Shown here piece after piece: positions 47,297 through 60,148 of a DNA stretch of 64,000 nt (within the stretch, counting starts at the first letter, position 1; every line of letters starts with the position of its first letter). Both the position numbers and the translations under genes were made by a program. The DNA lies in NCBI GenBank assembly GCA_041671645.1, contig JBAZBD010000001.1:607234-671233 (forward strand). The letters are read 5' to 3'. The notes under the pieces are model-generated. The model worked only from the letters and a program-made list of their open reading frames with translations, was not told the origin of the DNA and made no database searches. This stretch comes from Patescibacteria group bacterium. GTDB taxonomy: Bacteria; Patescibacteriota; UBA1384; XYA2-FULL-43-10; 1-14-0-10-43-13.

Positions 47297-48435
47297 TACC
47301 TGAGATCGAAATAAACCCAGTGGCCATCGACAATCTTTTCAAAATGAAGATGCGGGCCGGTAGAGCGGCCGGAATTGCCTGAGAGGCCGATAGTTTCGCC
47401 AGCAGAGACACTATCGCCTGGACTAACGCTAATCTGGCTCAAATGCGCGTAACGAGTGGCGACGCCATTACCGTGCGAAACGACAATTTCGTTTCCATAG
47501 CCGCCAGACCAGCCAGTTGAGACCTGAATCACGACACCGCTTGCCGCTGAGCGAACAGGTGTGCCGACACTAACAACGTAATCGATCCCAGTATGGCTAC
47601 GCCCGACACCGCGAGAAATATATGAATAAGCCACTGGCACAGAAAGGTTGGAATCACCTCCCTGATAGTCTCCGCTGTATGTTCTGCTTGAGGTCGATTG
47701 TCTGGCCACAGTATTTCGAGTCGCGGCAGCAACTAGGGCTTGCTTCGCCTTAGCCTTCTGTGCGATAAGGGTTGCCGATGTATCGTCGCCCTTTTTCGGC
47801 ACCTTGAGTCTCATACCTGGCTTGATCGCGTTGACGTTGTCAATATCGTTCACGTATTTCAAGGTTGTAAGTTTGAGATTAAATTTCCAAGCCAACACAG
47901 TTAGCGTGTCGCCAGGTCTGATGATGTAGGCGATTTCTGAGCCTGAATTATCTGGAAGCGGCTCAATTCTCGCTGTGATTTGTGTGTCTAAGGGGGCGAT
48001 ATTTCCGACAAAGCCGTCTTTCGAGGATAGGGCCATGTTACTTTTGTCGATTAATATGCCATCATTTTGCAATAAAACAGTGTATGAATCTACCGAACTA
48101 GCCAAAGTAATTTCATCTTCGGGACCAACCGCGACAAGCTTATCTTGAAGAGTGTCAGCTCTGGCCGTTTCATTAAAATTAGACAATGTCACGAGCAACA
48201 AAAGGGCCACCAAAGCAAAGTGAGGTAGAAATTTATTAGAAAGGAACGCCTGAACTGAGTTGCTTATCGCCTGTGCGATCGCATTGAAGAATCCTCTTGC
48301 TTGACCTGTTTTGCTTCCCACAGCATCAACGCATTCAGATATCATCTTGCCGGTATTTGATATAAATTCAATTTTTTGTTTAGTCTCTTTCGTCTCTTGC
48401 GACGAAGGAGGCTCGTCTTGTAAAATCAAGGCCAT
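47296..48435 (-). CDS. LysM domain-containing M23 family metallopeptidase (membrane-anchored)
   Basis: 379 aa. N-terminal TM helix. LysM: GDTLTVLAWKFNLKLTTLKYVNDIDNVNAIKPGMRLKVP. M23: HTGIDY...GNSGRSTGPHLHFE. Confidence 0.9.
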   Translation of the reverse strand: MALILQDEPPSSQETKETKQKIEFISNTGKMISECVDAVGSKTGQARGFFNAIAQAISNSVQAFLSNKFLPHFALVALLLLVTLSNFNETARADTLQDKLVAVGPEDEITLASSVDSYTVLLQNDGILIDKSNMALSSKDGFVGNIAPLDTQITARIEPLPDNSGSEIAYIIRPGDTLTVLAWKFNLKLTTLKYVNDIDNVNAIKPGMRLKVPKKGDDTSATLIAQKAKAKQALVAAATRNTVARQSTSSRTYSGDYQGGDSNLSVPVAYSYISRGVGRSHTGIDYVVSVGTPVRSAASGVVIQVSTGWSGGYGNEIVVSHGNGVATRYAHLSQISVSPGDSVSAGETIGLSGNSGRSTGPHLHFEKIVDGHWVYFDLR

Positions 48436-48564
48436 AATTTTTTAGCATCGCTTTTCACGACACTGTTTAGGATTTTACCATTGAAACGATCTCATTGTCA
48501 AGCAAACAGGGCAGAAAAAATAATAATCTGTGATGAAAAAATTAAAGGCAGAGATGGAGAACCA

Positions 48565-49782
48565 TTAGTTATTGCGGAGTCGGACCGTGACACTTTTTGG
48601 CAGAAATGAGACTAGTGTCACCCCCTGTGGCAGAGAGATGTTGTCCTGATTAACTTCGAAGGTAAAATCCCCAGTTCGGAGCGTCTTGCCAGCGAAATCA
48701 AATGTTATGCCGTAGGCGCTGGCGGCTACAACAGAGTCTGTCTGGCCCTTCACCGTCAAAGCGACTTCGGGAACAGAATATGATTCGACAGAGTAGCTAC
48801 CCAAATTCTTTGGCATGAAACTAGATGACAAAACCTTGACTTCGCGATTACCCTGGATGAAATCAACGGTAATACTCACGCTGACCTTGGTCGAAACCCC
48901 ACCCTGAAGCGCCACGCCGTTTGGCAATTGGATATTCGTCTCACGGTCGATATTGTCAGCTACCCCGCTAACGTCGATAACTAGAGTTTCCAAATATTTT
49001 GTGGAGGAAATCACATCTTTGACTCCAGAGATATCAACAATTTCGGGACTCGTAGTAATGCCAGAGATGAAGTATCCCGATTTGAGAGCGCCAGTGATTT
49101 TGGGCTTGATACCGACAGTTTTGATATTGGATCCCCTGACAACGGTGACTTCAGCAAGAACTTTGGTTAGATCGAAAGTGAGGCCTGAAACTACCTTGCC
49201 ATCACTATCATACGCACCAAGCGTAGCATCCTTCGAGAAATTTCCACTCTCGCCAGCCAGATTGATAGTCGCACCCACTTCTACGACACTTTCTATTGCG
49301 CTCTTGGCTCCCTTGACCCTTACTGTGTTGGTCGCAAATGAAACCCCACCCACAACCATACCGCTCGCCGTTTCACCGACCAGTTTGGGGCTTATAGTGA
49401 AATCCTTGGACACAACTGGCTCGATGCTGACTGTTATGCGGCTCGGGGTCTTGGACACTACCTGAACATCAGGCAACATCGTGAAGACATTGACCGAAAG
49501 TTCGTGCGTGCCAGATGGCAACCCAGCCAAGTCAACACTGGCGGTGAAAGAGTCAGCCGTGAGAGTTTGCCAAACACTTGATTTGGCCTTGACGCTTATC
49601 TCGACTGTTTTCTGGTCGAAGGAGGCGGCGTAGCTATCGCTGATGTTTATGGCTTTGATTTTGATGCTGCCGGGTAATTTTGTCACCATGTTTTGGCTGA
49701 TTGAAACATAGATCCAGAAAATTGATGCCAGGACCAGGCAAACTAATTTGACAACCCAGTTTTTAGTCAGGTGTTTCATCAT
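48565..49782 (-). CDS. cdaR: YbbR-domain protein CdaR (regulator of diadenylate cyclase CdaA)
   Basis: 405 aa. N-terminal TM helix, then repeated YbbR-like beta domains. It overlaps cdaA by 4 nt, which is the canonical cdaA-cdaR arrangement. Confidence 0.8.
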   Translation of the reverse strand: MMKHLTKNWVVKLVCLVLASIFWIYVSISQNMVTKLPGSIKIKAINISDSYAASFDQKTVEISVKAKSSVWQTLTADSFTASVDLAGLPSGTHELSVNVFTMLPDVQVVSKTPSRITVSIEPVVSKDFTISPKLVGETASGMVVGGVSFATNTVRVKGAKSAIESVVEVGATINLAGESGNFSKDATLGAYDSDGKVVSGLTFDLTKVLAEVTVVRGSNIKTVGIKPKITGALKSGYFISGITTSPEIVDISGVKDVISSTKYLETLVIDVSGVADNIDRETNIQLPNGVALQGGVSTKVSVSITVDFIQGNREVKVLSSSFMPKNLGSYSVESYSVPEVALTVKGQTDSVVAASAYGITFDFAGKTLRTGDFTFEVNQDNISLPQGVTLVSFLPKSVTVRLRNN

Positions 49783-50606
49783 TCGATGTTTGTTTTATTT
49801 TGTCTCATCAACGCGATCAGGCGATTGCGCAGTCTGTCTTCTGGGATTCTTCTCTCGATCTTCCCGCCAACGGCCAATGAAACTATCCCAGACTCTTCCG
49901 ACACCACGACAGCCAGTGCGTCTGAATCTTCGGTAATACCAAGGGCAGCCTTGTGCCTGGTGCCATATGAGCTGTTGACATAATTTTCGCTAACCGGCAG
50001 AACCGATCTGGCAGAAACAATTTTGTCGTCAACAATTATGACTGCTCCGTCGTGAAGCGGAGATTTCGGATAAAATATTGAAAGCAAGATATCCTTCGAG
50101 ACGTTGGCCTCAACTGGTGTCCCCTTCTCAATATATTCACGCAATCCCGTCTGACGCTGGATAATAATGAGGGCACCGATTTTTTGCTTGGCCAAAATAG
50201 AGACCGCGAGCATAACTTCATCGATAATTTTGCTAAAACTGCCCTTCCCGAAGATGGAATCGCTTAGGAATTTGGTACGGCCCAGTCTCTCTAGAGCAGT
50301 ACGAAGTTCGGGTTGGAATACGATTGGAATCGCGACTACCAGCATCGCCATGAAATATTGAAGTATCCAATTAAGCAGTGTCAGATTGAGAATTCTACCT
50401 ACGGCCATAATCGCTAGCAAGAAAAAAAGACCGTAGAGTATCCTCATGGCCCGTGTTTCCTTCAGAAACAAATAGATCCAATATATGACAATTGCGACAA
50501 TTACGATATCAATAATTGTAAGCGGCCGCAGGAAGCCCTTCAAGCTGTCCAAAACCGACATCGAGTTCGTTGCCGCTCCTAGTATTTTCCCTCCCGCATC
50601 GCCCAA
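49779..50606 (-). CDS. cdaA: Diadenylate cyclase CdaA (c-di-AMP synthase)
   Basis: 275 aa. Three N-terminal TM helices, then the DAC domain (LHDGAVIIVDDKIV, GTRHKAALGITE). Confidence 0.9.
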   Translation of the reverse strand: MGDAGGKILGAATNSMSVLDSLKGFLRPLTIIDIVIVAIVIYWIYLFLKETRAMRILYGLFFLLAIMAVGRILNLTLLNWILQYFMAMLVVAIPIVFQPELRTALERLGRTKFLSDSIFGKGSFSKIIDEVMLAVSILAKQKIGALIIIQRQTGLREYIEKGTPVEANVSKDILLSIFYPKSPLHDGAVIIVDDKIVSARSVLPVSENYVNSSYGTRHKAALGITEDSDALAVVVSEESGIVSLAVGGKIERRIPEDRLRNRLIALMRQNKTNIE

Positions 50607-50672
50607 TTTCCCTCCAAAAATGTTCTATATGTGTCTATAAATATTTTAACATCTATGCCCGATAAATCAAAA

Positions 50673-52451
50673 TCAGGCAATTTCTCTTTTTTTGTGAATC
50701 GTTTTGAAAACAATAAATTCATCCCCTACTGCTACGTTTGCCATAGCTGGTAGGCCAAAACCACACTCTGAGCCAGATTCGACTTCCTTCGCTTCTGATT
50801 TTTCACGGCGAAGAGAGAGAACCTTCGCCTTATATTTCTCATGTTTATTTTGCAAAAATTTGATTTCATCCCCTACCACAATCCGGCCAGAAAGCACGTT
50901 TCCGCCTGCTACAAATCCTTTTCTGTCGTCTCTGAAGATCCCAAGAATCTTGCCAGTTCCGAGTTCTTCCTCGATGATTTCCGGTGGCAATAGATCGGAA
51001 AGCTCGGTTTTGGCATTGTCAATAAGTTCGTAAATCACCTGGAAGGTGCTAATCCTGATACCCTCTTTTTCTGCAATTCGCTTGGCTGCACCTAACGCGC
51101 CGACACGGAATGACATAATAATAGAATGAGTTGCTTTGGCCAAAGTGACATCTGATTCACTAACGGCGCCGACACCTTCAGAAATAATCTTGATGCCGTA
51201 ATCGTCGCCACGAATTTCGGCCAGCATTTTCTTGAGCGCCTCCAGAGAACCGACTACATCGCTTCTGACGATAAGTCTTAGCTCATAGTAATCATTTGGC
51301 GCCTCTTCGGACCCACCGATTCTCTTGGCAGTTGCAATATTTACCTGAGGTTTATTCTCTTTTGCTTTGGCAGCGTTTTCCTTCGCCTCTTTTTCGTTGT
51401 CGAATGCGATCAGTTTGTCGCCAAAATCAGGCAGAGACTTGAGGCCTGCGATTCGGACCGGTGTACTTGGGCCAGCCGATTTGATCGCTCTGCCGAAGAA
51501 GTCCTCGAGAATTCTGACTTTGCCGTAAACTGAGCCGATCGATATTGGTTCGCCCTGTACTAGAGTACCGTTTTCAATCAGTACTGAGGCCATAGCGCCT
51601 GCTCCTTTTTCCATGTGAGATTCGATCACAACGCCGACCGCCTTGTCCTCGACAGAGGCTTTTAACTCCATCAATTCGGCTTGAAGCAAGATCATTTCGA
51701 GAAGATTATCGACTCCTGTACCCAGTTTAGCTGAAATTTCTACCATGATCGTTTTGCCGCCCCACTCCTCAGGGACTAGTTCAAATTCGGAAAGTTGCTG
51801 TTTTACTTTCATCGGATCAGCATCAGGAAGATCGACTTTGTTGATAGCTACTATAACCGGAACATTACTTTCCTTGGCTTGCTCGATTACTTCTTTGGTT
51901 TGCGGCATGATGCCGTCGTTGGCGGCTACGATCAGGACAACGATGTCGGTGATAGCAGTTCCATGTAAGCGCATTGCCGAGAAAGCGGCGTGACCTGGAG
52001 TATCGATGAATGTAATGGTTTTGTTCTTGATTTCTTTATTCTTGGTCTCAGTAAGTTGAACCTGGTATGCAGAAATATGCTGGGTAATACCGCCAGATTC
52101 GCCGGACGCGACATGAGCTTTTCGGATTTGGTCCAAAAGAGTTGTTTTGCCGTGATCAACATGGCCCATAATCGTGACTACTGGCGGACGAGGAACTAAA
52201 TTTCGTGAAGTAACTTCCGAGGGGGACTTTTCAAATGTTTTCTTGGATATGCCCTCTTTGACAACTTTGAGCCCAAGATCATCTCCGATGATTGAAGCAG
52301 TATCAAAATCAATAGTCTCATTAATATTCGCCAAAACGCCACTCTTCATGAGCTGGGATATCACGGCCGTTACAGGCAAATCTGCTTTCTCAGCAAAACT
52401 TTTGACTGTTACTACATCGCCGATTTCTATTGTTTTTTTGTCTTCAACCAT
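50673..52451 (-). CDS. infB: Translation initiation factor IF-2
   Basis: 592 aa. The G domain is [21 protein letters not shown]. Domain II and the C-terminal fMet-tRNA-binding domain are present. Confidence 0.95.
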   Translation of the reverse strand: MVEDKKTIEIGDVVTVKSFAEKADLPVTAVISQLMKSGVLANINETIDFDTASIIGDDLGLKVVKEGISKKTFEKSPSEVTSRNLVPRPPVVTIMGHVDHGKTTLLDQIRKAHVASGESGGITQHISAYQVQLTETKNKEIKNKTITFIDTPGHAAFSAMRLHGTAITDIVVLIVAANDGIMPQTKEVIEQAKESNVPVIVAINKVDLPDADPMKVKQQLSEFELVPEEWGGKTIMVEISAKLGTGVDNLLEMILLQAELMELKASVEDKAVGVVIESHMEKGAGAMASVLIENGTLVQGEPISIGSVYGKVRILEDFFGRAIKSAGPSTPVRIAGLKSLPDFGDKLIAFDNEKEAKENAAKAKENKPQVNIATAKRIGGSEEAPNDYYELRLIVRSDVVGSLEALKKMLAEIRGDDYGIKIISEGVGAVSESDVTLAKATHSIIMSFRVGALGAAKRIAEKEGIRISTFQVIYELIDNAKTELSDLLPPEIIEEELGTGKILGIFRDDRKGFVAGGNVLSGRIVVGDEIKFLQNKHEKYKAKVLSLRREKSEAKEVESGSECGFGLPAMANVAVGDEFIVFKTIHKKREIA

Positions 52452-52509
52452 TATTCCTTCGATCCAATTAATGTGTCATACATTATCATACTTTCACTTT
52501 TTCGGCAAT

Positions 52510-55506
52510 TTACTTCTTGCCCCAATAGTTTTTGTCCTCTGGATCATCCTTCGGATCAGACTTGGCGCTTTCATCATCGCGATTGTCAGGGTCAACTTTC
52601 ACTTTGTCGTTATAGAACTTAACGCTGAGGTTTGGCTTTACAACTGCGTTGATTGCCATATCGGGTTTGTCAGTAGCAATTTCCCCATCATCGGCGGCTT
52701 TGGATACTGCTGTAGCAGGTTTCGGCTCGGCCTTTTTCGAATCAGTCTTCCCCTTCTTGGCAATGGGCAATGTCTCGACAGGGGCTACTGTGCCCAACAA
52801 TTCAGGCTGATCTTGATCTATGCTCTTCTCTTCAGGTTGAATCAGCGCGACAGAAGAAACTTTGTCGCCAGAGTGAAGACGCATCAAAGTGACTCCCTGG
52901 GTATCACGACCGAGACGTTTGATATTCTTGATCTCCATTCGGATAAATTGTCCCTTTCTGGAGGCCAAGACAACGTCCGCCTTGTCATCATAGACAATAT
53001 GCATCCCGATGACATTTCCAGTCTTAGTGGTGCAGCTTGCGGCTCTGATCCCCATGCCGCCTCTTTTCTGAATATGGAAATTTCGGAGCATAGTACGTTT
53101 GCCAAAGCCATTTTCCAATACGATCAACATGTCAGGCTCACTTAGATTTTTCTTTGTGGTCTCCTCTGGCCATTGAGATCCTGGCACCAAATCCATCGAC
53201 ATCACCTTGTCGTCACGTCTCAATTTCATACCTGTTACGCCAGAAGCGCTTCGGCCCATCGGTCTAGCATCAGCTTCGCGATAACAGATAGCTTGGCCTT
53301 TTTCTGAAACTGCAACAACAATATCACCATCGTTGGCGCTCTTGACCCATTTCAATTCGTCGCCAGTTTTCAGCCCCATAGCGATAATGCCTGTTTTTCT
53401 TATATTGTCATACTTTTCGATTTCCGTTTTCTTGACTGCCCCCAACACTGTGCCTATGACGAAATACTTTTTGGCGTTTTGGCTTTTTGGAATTGTCAAA
53501 ATTGCTGTGACCTTTTCGTCCTGGCCGATCTGGATAATATTTACAATCGGCGTGCCCTTTGATTGTCTCGAAGTAGCTGGTAATTCATAAACCTTGCTCT
53601 TAAATACTCGGCCTTTGTTCGAGAAGAAATATATATCATCATGTGTTCTAGCCCCAACTAGATAATCGACGATATCTTCTTCTTTCGTAGTCATACCGAC
53701 GATACCGACTCCGCCACGTATCTGACGACGGTATGTATCAGTCTCCTGACGCTTGATGTAGTTGCCACGAGTAAAAGCAACAATAACTTGCTCATCCGGG
53801 ATCAAATCCTCGGCCGAGAAATCGCCAAGAGCATGAGGCATAATTGCTGTGCGGCGAGCATCGCCATATTTCTCCTTGACTTCATTAAGATCGTCTTTGA
53901 TCAAGCCTAGGATTTTTTCTGGATGGTCAAGCAGGTCTTTCAAGTATGCAATTTTGGATAAAATTTCGTTGTATTCATCTTCGATTCTCTTGCGTTCGAG
54001 TGCGGCTAGAGCAGATAGGCGCATTTCCAAAATCGCGTCCGCTTGTCTCTCGGAGAATGAGAATTTCTTCATCAAATTTGTTTTGGCATCATCGCGATTT
54101 GCGGAAGCACGGATGGTGTTGATGACTTCGTCAATATGATCAAGCGCAATCTTCAATCCCTCTAAAATGTGAGCCCTATCTTCTGCTTTTTTCAGCTCGA
54201 AACGAGTTCGTCGCTCAATAACTTCTTTACGGTGTTCAATATAGTATCCCAGAACGTCCTTCAGCGTCATGACTTGCGGCTCTAGATCAGGGGTAAGAGC
54301 CAACATATTAACGTGAAAAGCTGTCTGCATCGGAGTTAATTCAAAGAGTCTGTTTAGAACCTTGCGAGGATAGGAATTAGATTTCAGTTCGACGACAACG
54401 CGAACGCCTCGTCGGTCAGATTCGTCACGAAGGTCAGAAATACCTTCGATCTTTTTCTCTTTGACCAAATCAGCGATCTTCTCAATCATCGAGGATTTGT
54501 TCACGAGATATGGGATTTCGGTAATAATGATTCGGAAACCACGTTTGCCTTCTTCGATATCTGCCTTGGCTCGCATCACAATTTTGCCCTTGCCAGTAGC
54601 GTAGGCCATCTTGATATCTTCGTTGTTGTAGATGATGCCACCAGTCGGAAAGTCAGGTCCCTTCACAAACTCCATCAAATTATCGACGTTCGCTTCTGGA
54701 TTGTCGATCAAATGAGCGGTGGCGTCACATAATTCTGTTAAATTGTGGGGGGGGATATTGGTGGCCATGCCGACGGCGATACCCATCGTGCCGTTGAGCA
54801 GCAATTGCGGGACTCTGGCTGGCAAGACAACTGGCTCTTGTGTTGATCCGTCATAGTTGTCGACCCAGTTAACAGTATCTTTGTCGATATCAGCCAACAT
54901 TTCTTCGGCAATAGAAGACATACGACACTCGGTATAACGCATGGCGGCCGCGCCGTCACCGTCCATCGAGCCAAAGTTACCCTGGCCGTCGACAAGCATG
55001 TAGCGCATCGAGAAGTCCTGGGCCATGCGAACCAATGAATCATAGATAGCAGTGTCGCCATGTGGATGGTAATTACCCATGACTTCACCAACGACTTTGG
55101 CCGATTTGCGATATTTGACGTTGTGACGAAGGCCGGTAGAGTGCATACCATAAAGGACGCGACGATGGACTGGTTTCAAACCATCACGGACATCAGGCAA
55201 GGCACGAGAAACGATGACACTCATGGCGTAGTCGAGGTATGAAGTTTCCATCTCGACGATCAGATCCCGAGGCTTCATATTGCCAATCAAGGGATCGTAT
55301 TTGTCTTCGGTAATAGCTCGATCGGTGATCGTGCTATTGCGTGGGATAATCGCAGTGGGTGAAACTTCATCGGTAGAATCTTCCGCTGAGGCTTCTGTCT
55401 CAGTCGGATCTTCATCGACTAATTCATCAGAAATTTCATCGCTGGGAGTGATTTCTTCGATATCTTCGGCTGGTATGTTTTGATTGTCTAATTCTTCGTC
55501 ATTCAT
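52510..55506 (-). CDS. gyrA: DNA gyrase subunit A
   Basis: 998 aa. Active-site region [17 protein letters not shown]...MRYTE with the catalytic Tyr. Acidic N-terminal and K/D-rich C-terminal extensions. Confidence 0.95.
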   Translation of the reverse strand: MNDEELDNQNIPAEDIEEITPSDEISDELVDEDPTETEASAEDSTDEVSPTAIIPRNSTITDRAITEDKYDPLIGNMKPRDLIVEMETSYLDYAMSVIVSRALPDVRDGLKPVHRRVLYGMHSTGLRHNVKYRKSAKVVGEVMGNYHPHGDTAIYDSLVRMAQDFSMRYMLVDGQGNFGSMDGDGAAAMRYTECRMSSIAEEMLADIDKDTVNWVDNYDGSTQEPVVLPARVPQLLLNGTMGIAVGMATNIPPHNLTELCDATAHLIDNPEANVDNLMEFVKGPDFPTGGIIYNNEDIKMAYATGKGKIVMRAKADIEEGKRGFRIIITEIPYLVNKSSMIEKIADLVKEKKIEGISDLRDESDRRGVRVVVELKSNSYPRKVLNRLFELTPMQTAFHVNMLALTPDLEPQVMTLKDVLGYYIEHRKEVIERRTRFELKKAEDRAHILEGLKIALDHIDEVINTIRASANRDDAKTNLMKKFSFSERQADAILEMRLSALAALERKRIEDEYNEILSKIAYLKDLLDHPEKILGLIKDDLNEVKEKYGDARRTAIMPHALGDFSAEDLIPDEQVIVAFTRGNYIKRQETDTYRRQIRGGVGIVGMTTKEEDIVDYLVGARTHDDIYFFSNKGRVFKSKVYELPATSRQSKGTPIVNIIQIGQDEKVTAILTIPKSQNAKKYFVIGTVLGAVKKTEIEKYDNIRKTGIIAMGLKTGDELKWVKSANDGDIVVAVSEKGQAICYREADARPMGRSASGVTGMKLRRDDKVMSMDLVPGSQWPEETTKKNLSEPDMLIVLENGFGKRTMLRNFHIQKRGGMGIRAASCTTKTGNVIGMHIVYDDKADVVLASRKGQFIRMEIKNIKRLGRDTQGVTLMRLHSGDKVSSVALIQPEEKSIDQDQPELLGTVAPVETLPIAKKGKTDSKKAEPKPATAVSKAADDGEIATDKPDMAINAVVKPNLSVKFYNDKVKVDPDNRDDESAKSDPKDDPEDKNYWGKK

Positions 55507-55538
55507 GATTTTATATCTCTAAAAAATTTATAGTTTAA

Positions 55539-57710
<2,172 letters not shown>

Positions 57711-57811
57711 CTATGCCGCGTCATTACGGCTGATTCGTGTTCTATGGTCATTTTAACGCGTTTCGATCTATTTCACAAGGGCAAAATAAATGTTTAATAC
57801 GCAAAAACTGA

Positions 57812-57845
57812 CAACGTTTCGCTGCCAGTTTTTGTATGGATCATA
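57812..57845. terminator. Bidirectional hairpin AAAAACTGACA..TGCCAGTTTTT
   Basis: 10-bp stem with 1 mismatch, flanked by A and T runs. It lies downstream of gyrB. Confidence 0.5.
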
Positions 57846-57894
57846 TTAAATATGAAATATCTACTTGCTCTCGCCAGCTTCTTTCGCGAGTCAA

Positions 57895-59034
57895 TCAGCG
57901 TTTTTTGAGATAGGCAAATGTTTGAGCAATCAGTGAGCCAAAAATTGCGACAAATGAGACGAAGAGGACAAGCGGACCGAGAATTTTGACAAAGCCAAGC
58001 AGGAATGTGAAGAATGTTCCAATCAGAACAATCTTCCAGTTGAGCTCATATTCTTTCTTCTTGTTCACGACTTTGTCGACAAAGCTTCCCAAAACTATAC
58101 TCAATGCCCCCGCCGCCAGCATAATATAGAGCGTGTAGAGCAAGATTGCGGCGAAGCCAAACCAAGGCGCGATGAATAGAGAAAATAGAATTATCGCAAT
58201 AATTGGTAGCCCGATCAAAGTTAGGAAGCCCCAGCCAGAATTACTCCAAAAATTCGAAACGGTGTTACCAGTAAGAGTTTTGGCAAATTTCTTGAAACAG
58301 AAAGCCAGGAAGAACGAGACCAGAAGACCGCAGAAAAGTTTATAAATCATGCCTTCGACATAAGCCCAATCCTTAAAATTTGAAAAAGAGGCGCTCGTGC
58401 TGATTTTGTGAAACTCAGTTTTTCCCTTGATTTGTGCGTTGGCGCCAAGTACGACTGGCTCTTCTGCGTAATATGTGAAATCACCATTAATAATCGTGTT
58501 GTCCGAAAGAGCCACTGTCGTCGCTCCTCTGATTACGGCATTGCCGTCAACCACTCCGCCAATTGTGACAGTGGCTGCAGCAGCCTTGAGGTCGCCCAAG
58601 ATATGGACATTACCGATTGTAATGTCACTGCCAGCAATCAGAGCATCGCCTGCGATTGTAACGTCGTCTTTGAGCGTGATGCTACTTCCGCCAATCAGTA
58701 GATCTTCCTCTGTGTCAGCGCCGTAGGTAACAATGCTTCCGGCGATTCTGGCCGATCCACCAACTTCACCTTTGACATCGATATTGTTGCCAGCGGCAAA
58801 CAGACTACCGGTAGCGCCCTTGAGTACCGTGACATTATTTCCGGCCGCCACGAGGTCACTCGCGACCAGTGGGTCAACATCAACATTTTTGCCAGCGACG
58901 TAGAGATTGCGAGGGGCCGTATTTTCAGCAACCGTCACCGTCTTCTCTGAATCAACTTTGAACTCTGCGGCAAGCGCGGAAATCGGCGCAAGCAGGGCCA
59001 GGAATCCGAGTGAAATTAATAGTTTTTTCATCAT
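57895..59034 (-). CDS. Hypothetical secreted beta-helical-repeat protein with a C-terminal polytopic membrane domain
   Basis: 379 aa. Signal peptide MMKKLLISLGFLALLAPISALA. About 200 aa of G/A/V-rich short repeats (AAGNNV.V.G...AGNNIDVKG), which look bactofilin/adhesin-like. Then 4-5 TM helices. Confidence 0.5.
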   Translation of the reverse strand: MMKKLLISLGFLALLAPISALAAEFKVDSEKTVTVAENTAPRNLYVAGKNVDVDPLVASDLVAAGNNVTVLKGATGSLFAAGNNIDVKGEVGGSARIAGSIVTYGADTEEDLLIGGSSITLKDDVTIAGDALIAGSDITIGNVHILGDLKAAAATVTIGGVVDGNAVIRGATTVALSDNTIINGDFTYYAEEPVVLGANAQIKGKTEFHKISTSASFSNFKDWAYVEGMIYKLFCGLLVSFFLAFCFKKFAKTLTGNTVSNFWSNSGWGFLTLIGLPIIAIILFSLFIAPWFGFAAILLYTLYIMLAAGALSIVLGSFVDKVVNKKKEYELNWKIVLIGTFFTFLLGFVKILGPLVLFVSFVAIFGSLIAQTFAYLKKR

Positions 59035-59045
59035 TCCTCCAAAAA

Positions 59046-60137
59046 TTATTTTTTGTATTCTTTCATTAATTCTTCAACTTTTTCTTCTATCTCCCTCTTG
59101 AATCTATCTTTGCTGAAATTCTCGGCTTGTCGGCGGATTTTGATCGGGTCGTAATCTTCAACTTTGAAACTCTTGACTGCCTCGATCAGGCTTTCTGGAG
59201 TCTGCTCATCAAATAATATGCCTGTTGTGCCTGGGATTGCTGACTCTGCTTGTCCGCCCTTGGAATAGCAAATCACGGGGCGGCCACAAGCCATCGCTTC
59301 GACCGGCACTATTCCAAAATCCTCCTCGGCCATAAAGACAAAAGCTCTGGCTCGAGCAAAAATATCCTGGAGCTCCTTGCCAAATTTACCGCCCGCAAAC
59401 TCTATATTTGATTTGGCTATCGCTTTTAACTTTGCTTCATCTGGGCCATAACCGACTATTTTGAGCGGCAATCCGAGCTCATTGAAGGCCCTAATCGCGA
59501 CGTCGCATCTCTTGTAATCGACCAATCGACTGACAAAGAGAAAATAATCCCCGATTTCTTCCTTGGGCGCGGGAGTAAAATTGTCCACATCTACCGGCGG
59601 GTATATCACATCTGAATCTCGTCGGTAATACTTCTGAATACGGTTGGCCACATACTTAGAATTTGCCAGAAAATAGTCAACACGATCGGCGGCTAGGAAA
59701 TCCCAGATCCGAAGTTGGTGCATTACTCGGTCTCTCAAGCCCTTAAATTTACCCTTGGCCGCTCGCGGATCTAGATGGGGCTCCCAAATATATCTAGTTG
59801 GGGTGTGGCAGTACGATACATGGAGCGTATCGGGTTTGGTGATTATGCCCTTAGCAGGAAAAGTTGTGCTTGATATGACAATGTCATACTTGGAAAAATC
59901 AAACTGCTCGAAGGCAAAGGGTGTTAAAGGGATAAGTAGTTCCCTCTTCTTTTTCATCAGCGGAATCTTTTGCAAGAATGATGTATGGACCTTTTTGTCG
60001 CGAAAAGCAGTCACTTTGACTGGATCGTAGACCGAAGTATAGATTTCGGCTTCTGGATATATTTCAGAAAGAGCCAAGAGAACTCTCTCTGCTCCGGAAT
60101 AGACAGTTAGCCAATCATGGACAAGTGCTATTTTCAT
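59046..60137 (-). CDS. Glycosyltransferase family 4 (GT-B)
   Basis: 363 aa. C-terminal GT4 signature ...FVSRLVDYKRCDVAIRAF...AEEDFGIVPVEAMACGRPVI. Confidence 0.85.
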   Translation of the reverse strand: MKIALVHDWLTVYSGAERVLLALSEIYPEAEIYTSVYDPVKVTAFRDKKVHTSFLQKIPLMKKKRELLIPLTPFAFEQFDFSKYDIVISSTTFPAKGIITKPDTLHVSYCHTPTRYIWEPHLDPRAAKGKFKGLRDRVMHQLRIWDFLAADRVDYFLANSKYVANRIQKYYRRDSDVIYPPVDVDNFTPAPKEEIGDYFLFVSRLVDYKRCDVAIRAFNELGLPLKIVGYGPDEAKLKAIAKSNIEFAGGKFGKELQDIFARARAFVFMAEEDFGIVPVEAMACGRPVICYSKGGQAESAIPGTTGILFDEQTPESLIEAVKSFKVEDYDPIKIRRQAENFSKDRFKREIEEKVEELMKEYKK

Positions 60138-60148
60138 AAATATTTCTT

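Noticed and set aside
52174-53145. 323-aa plus-strand ORF from the six-frame track
   Set aside because: It lies entirely antisense to infB and gyrA, has low complexity and no RBS. It is a typical antisense artefact inside well-supported genes.
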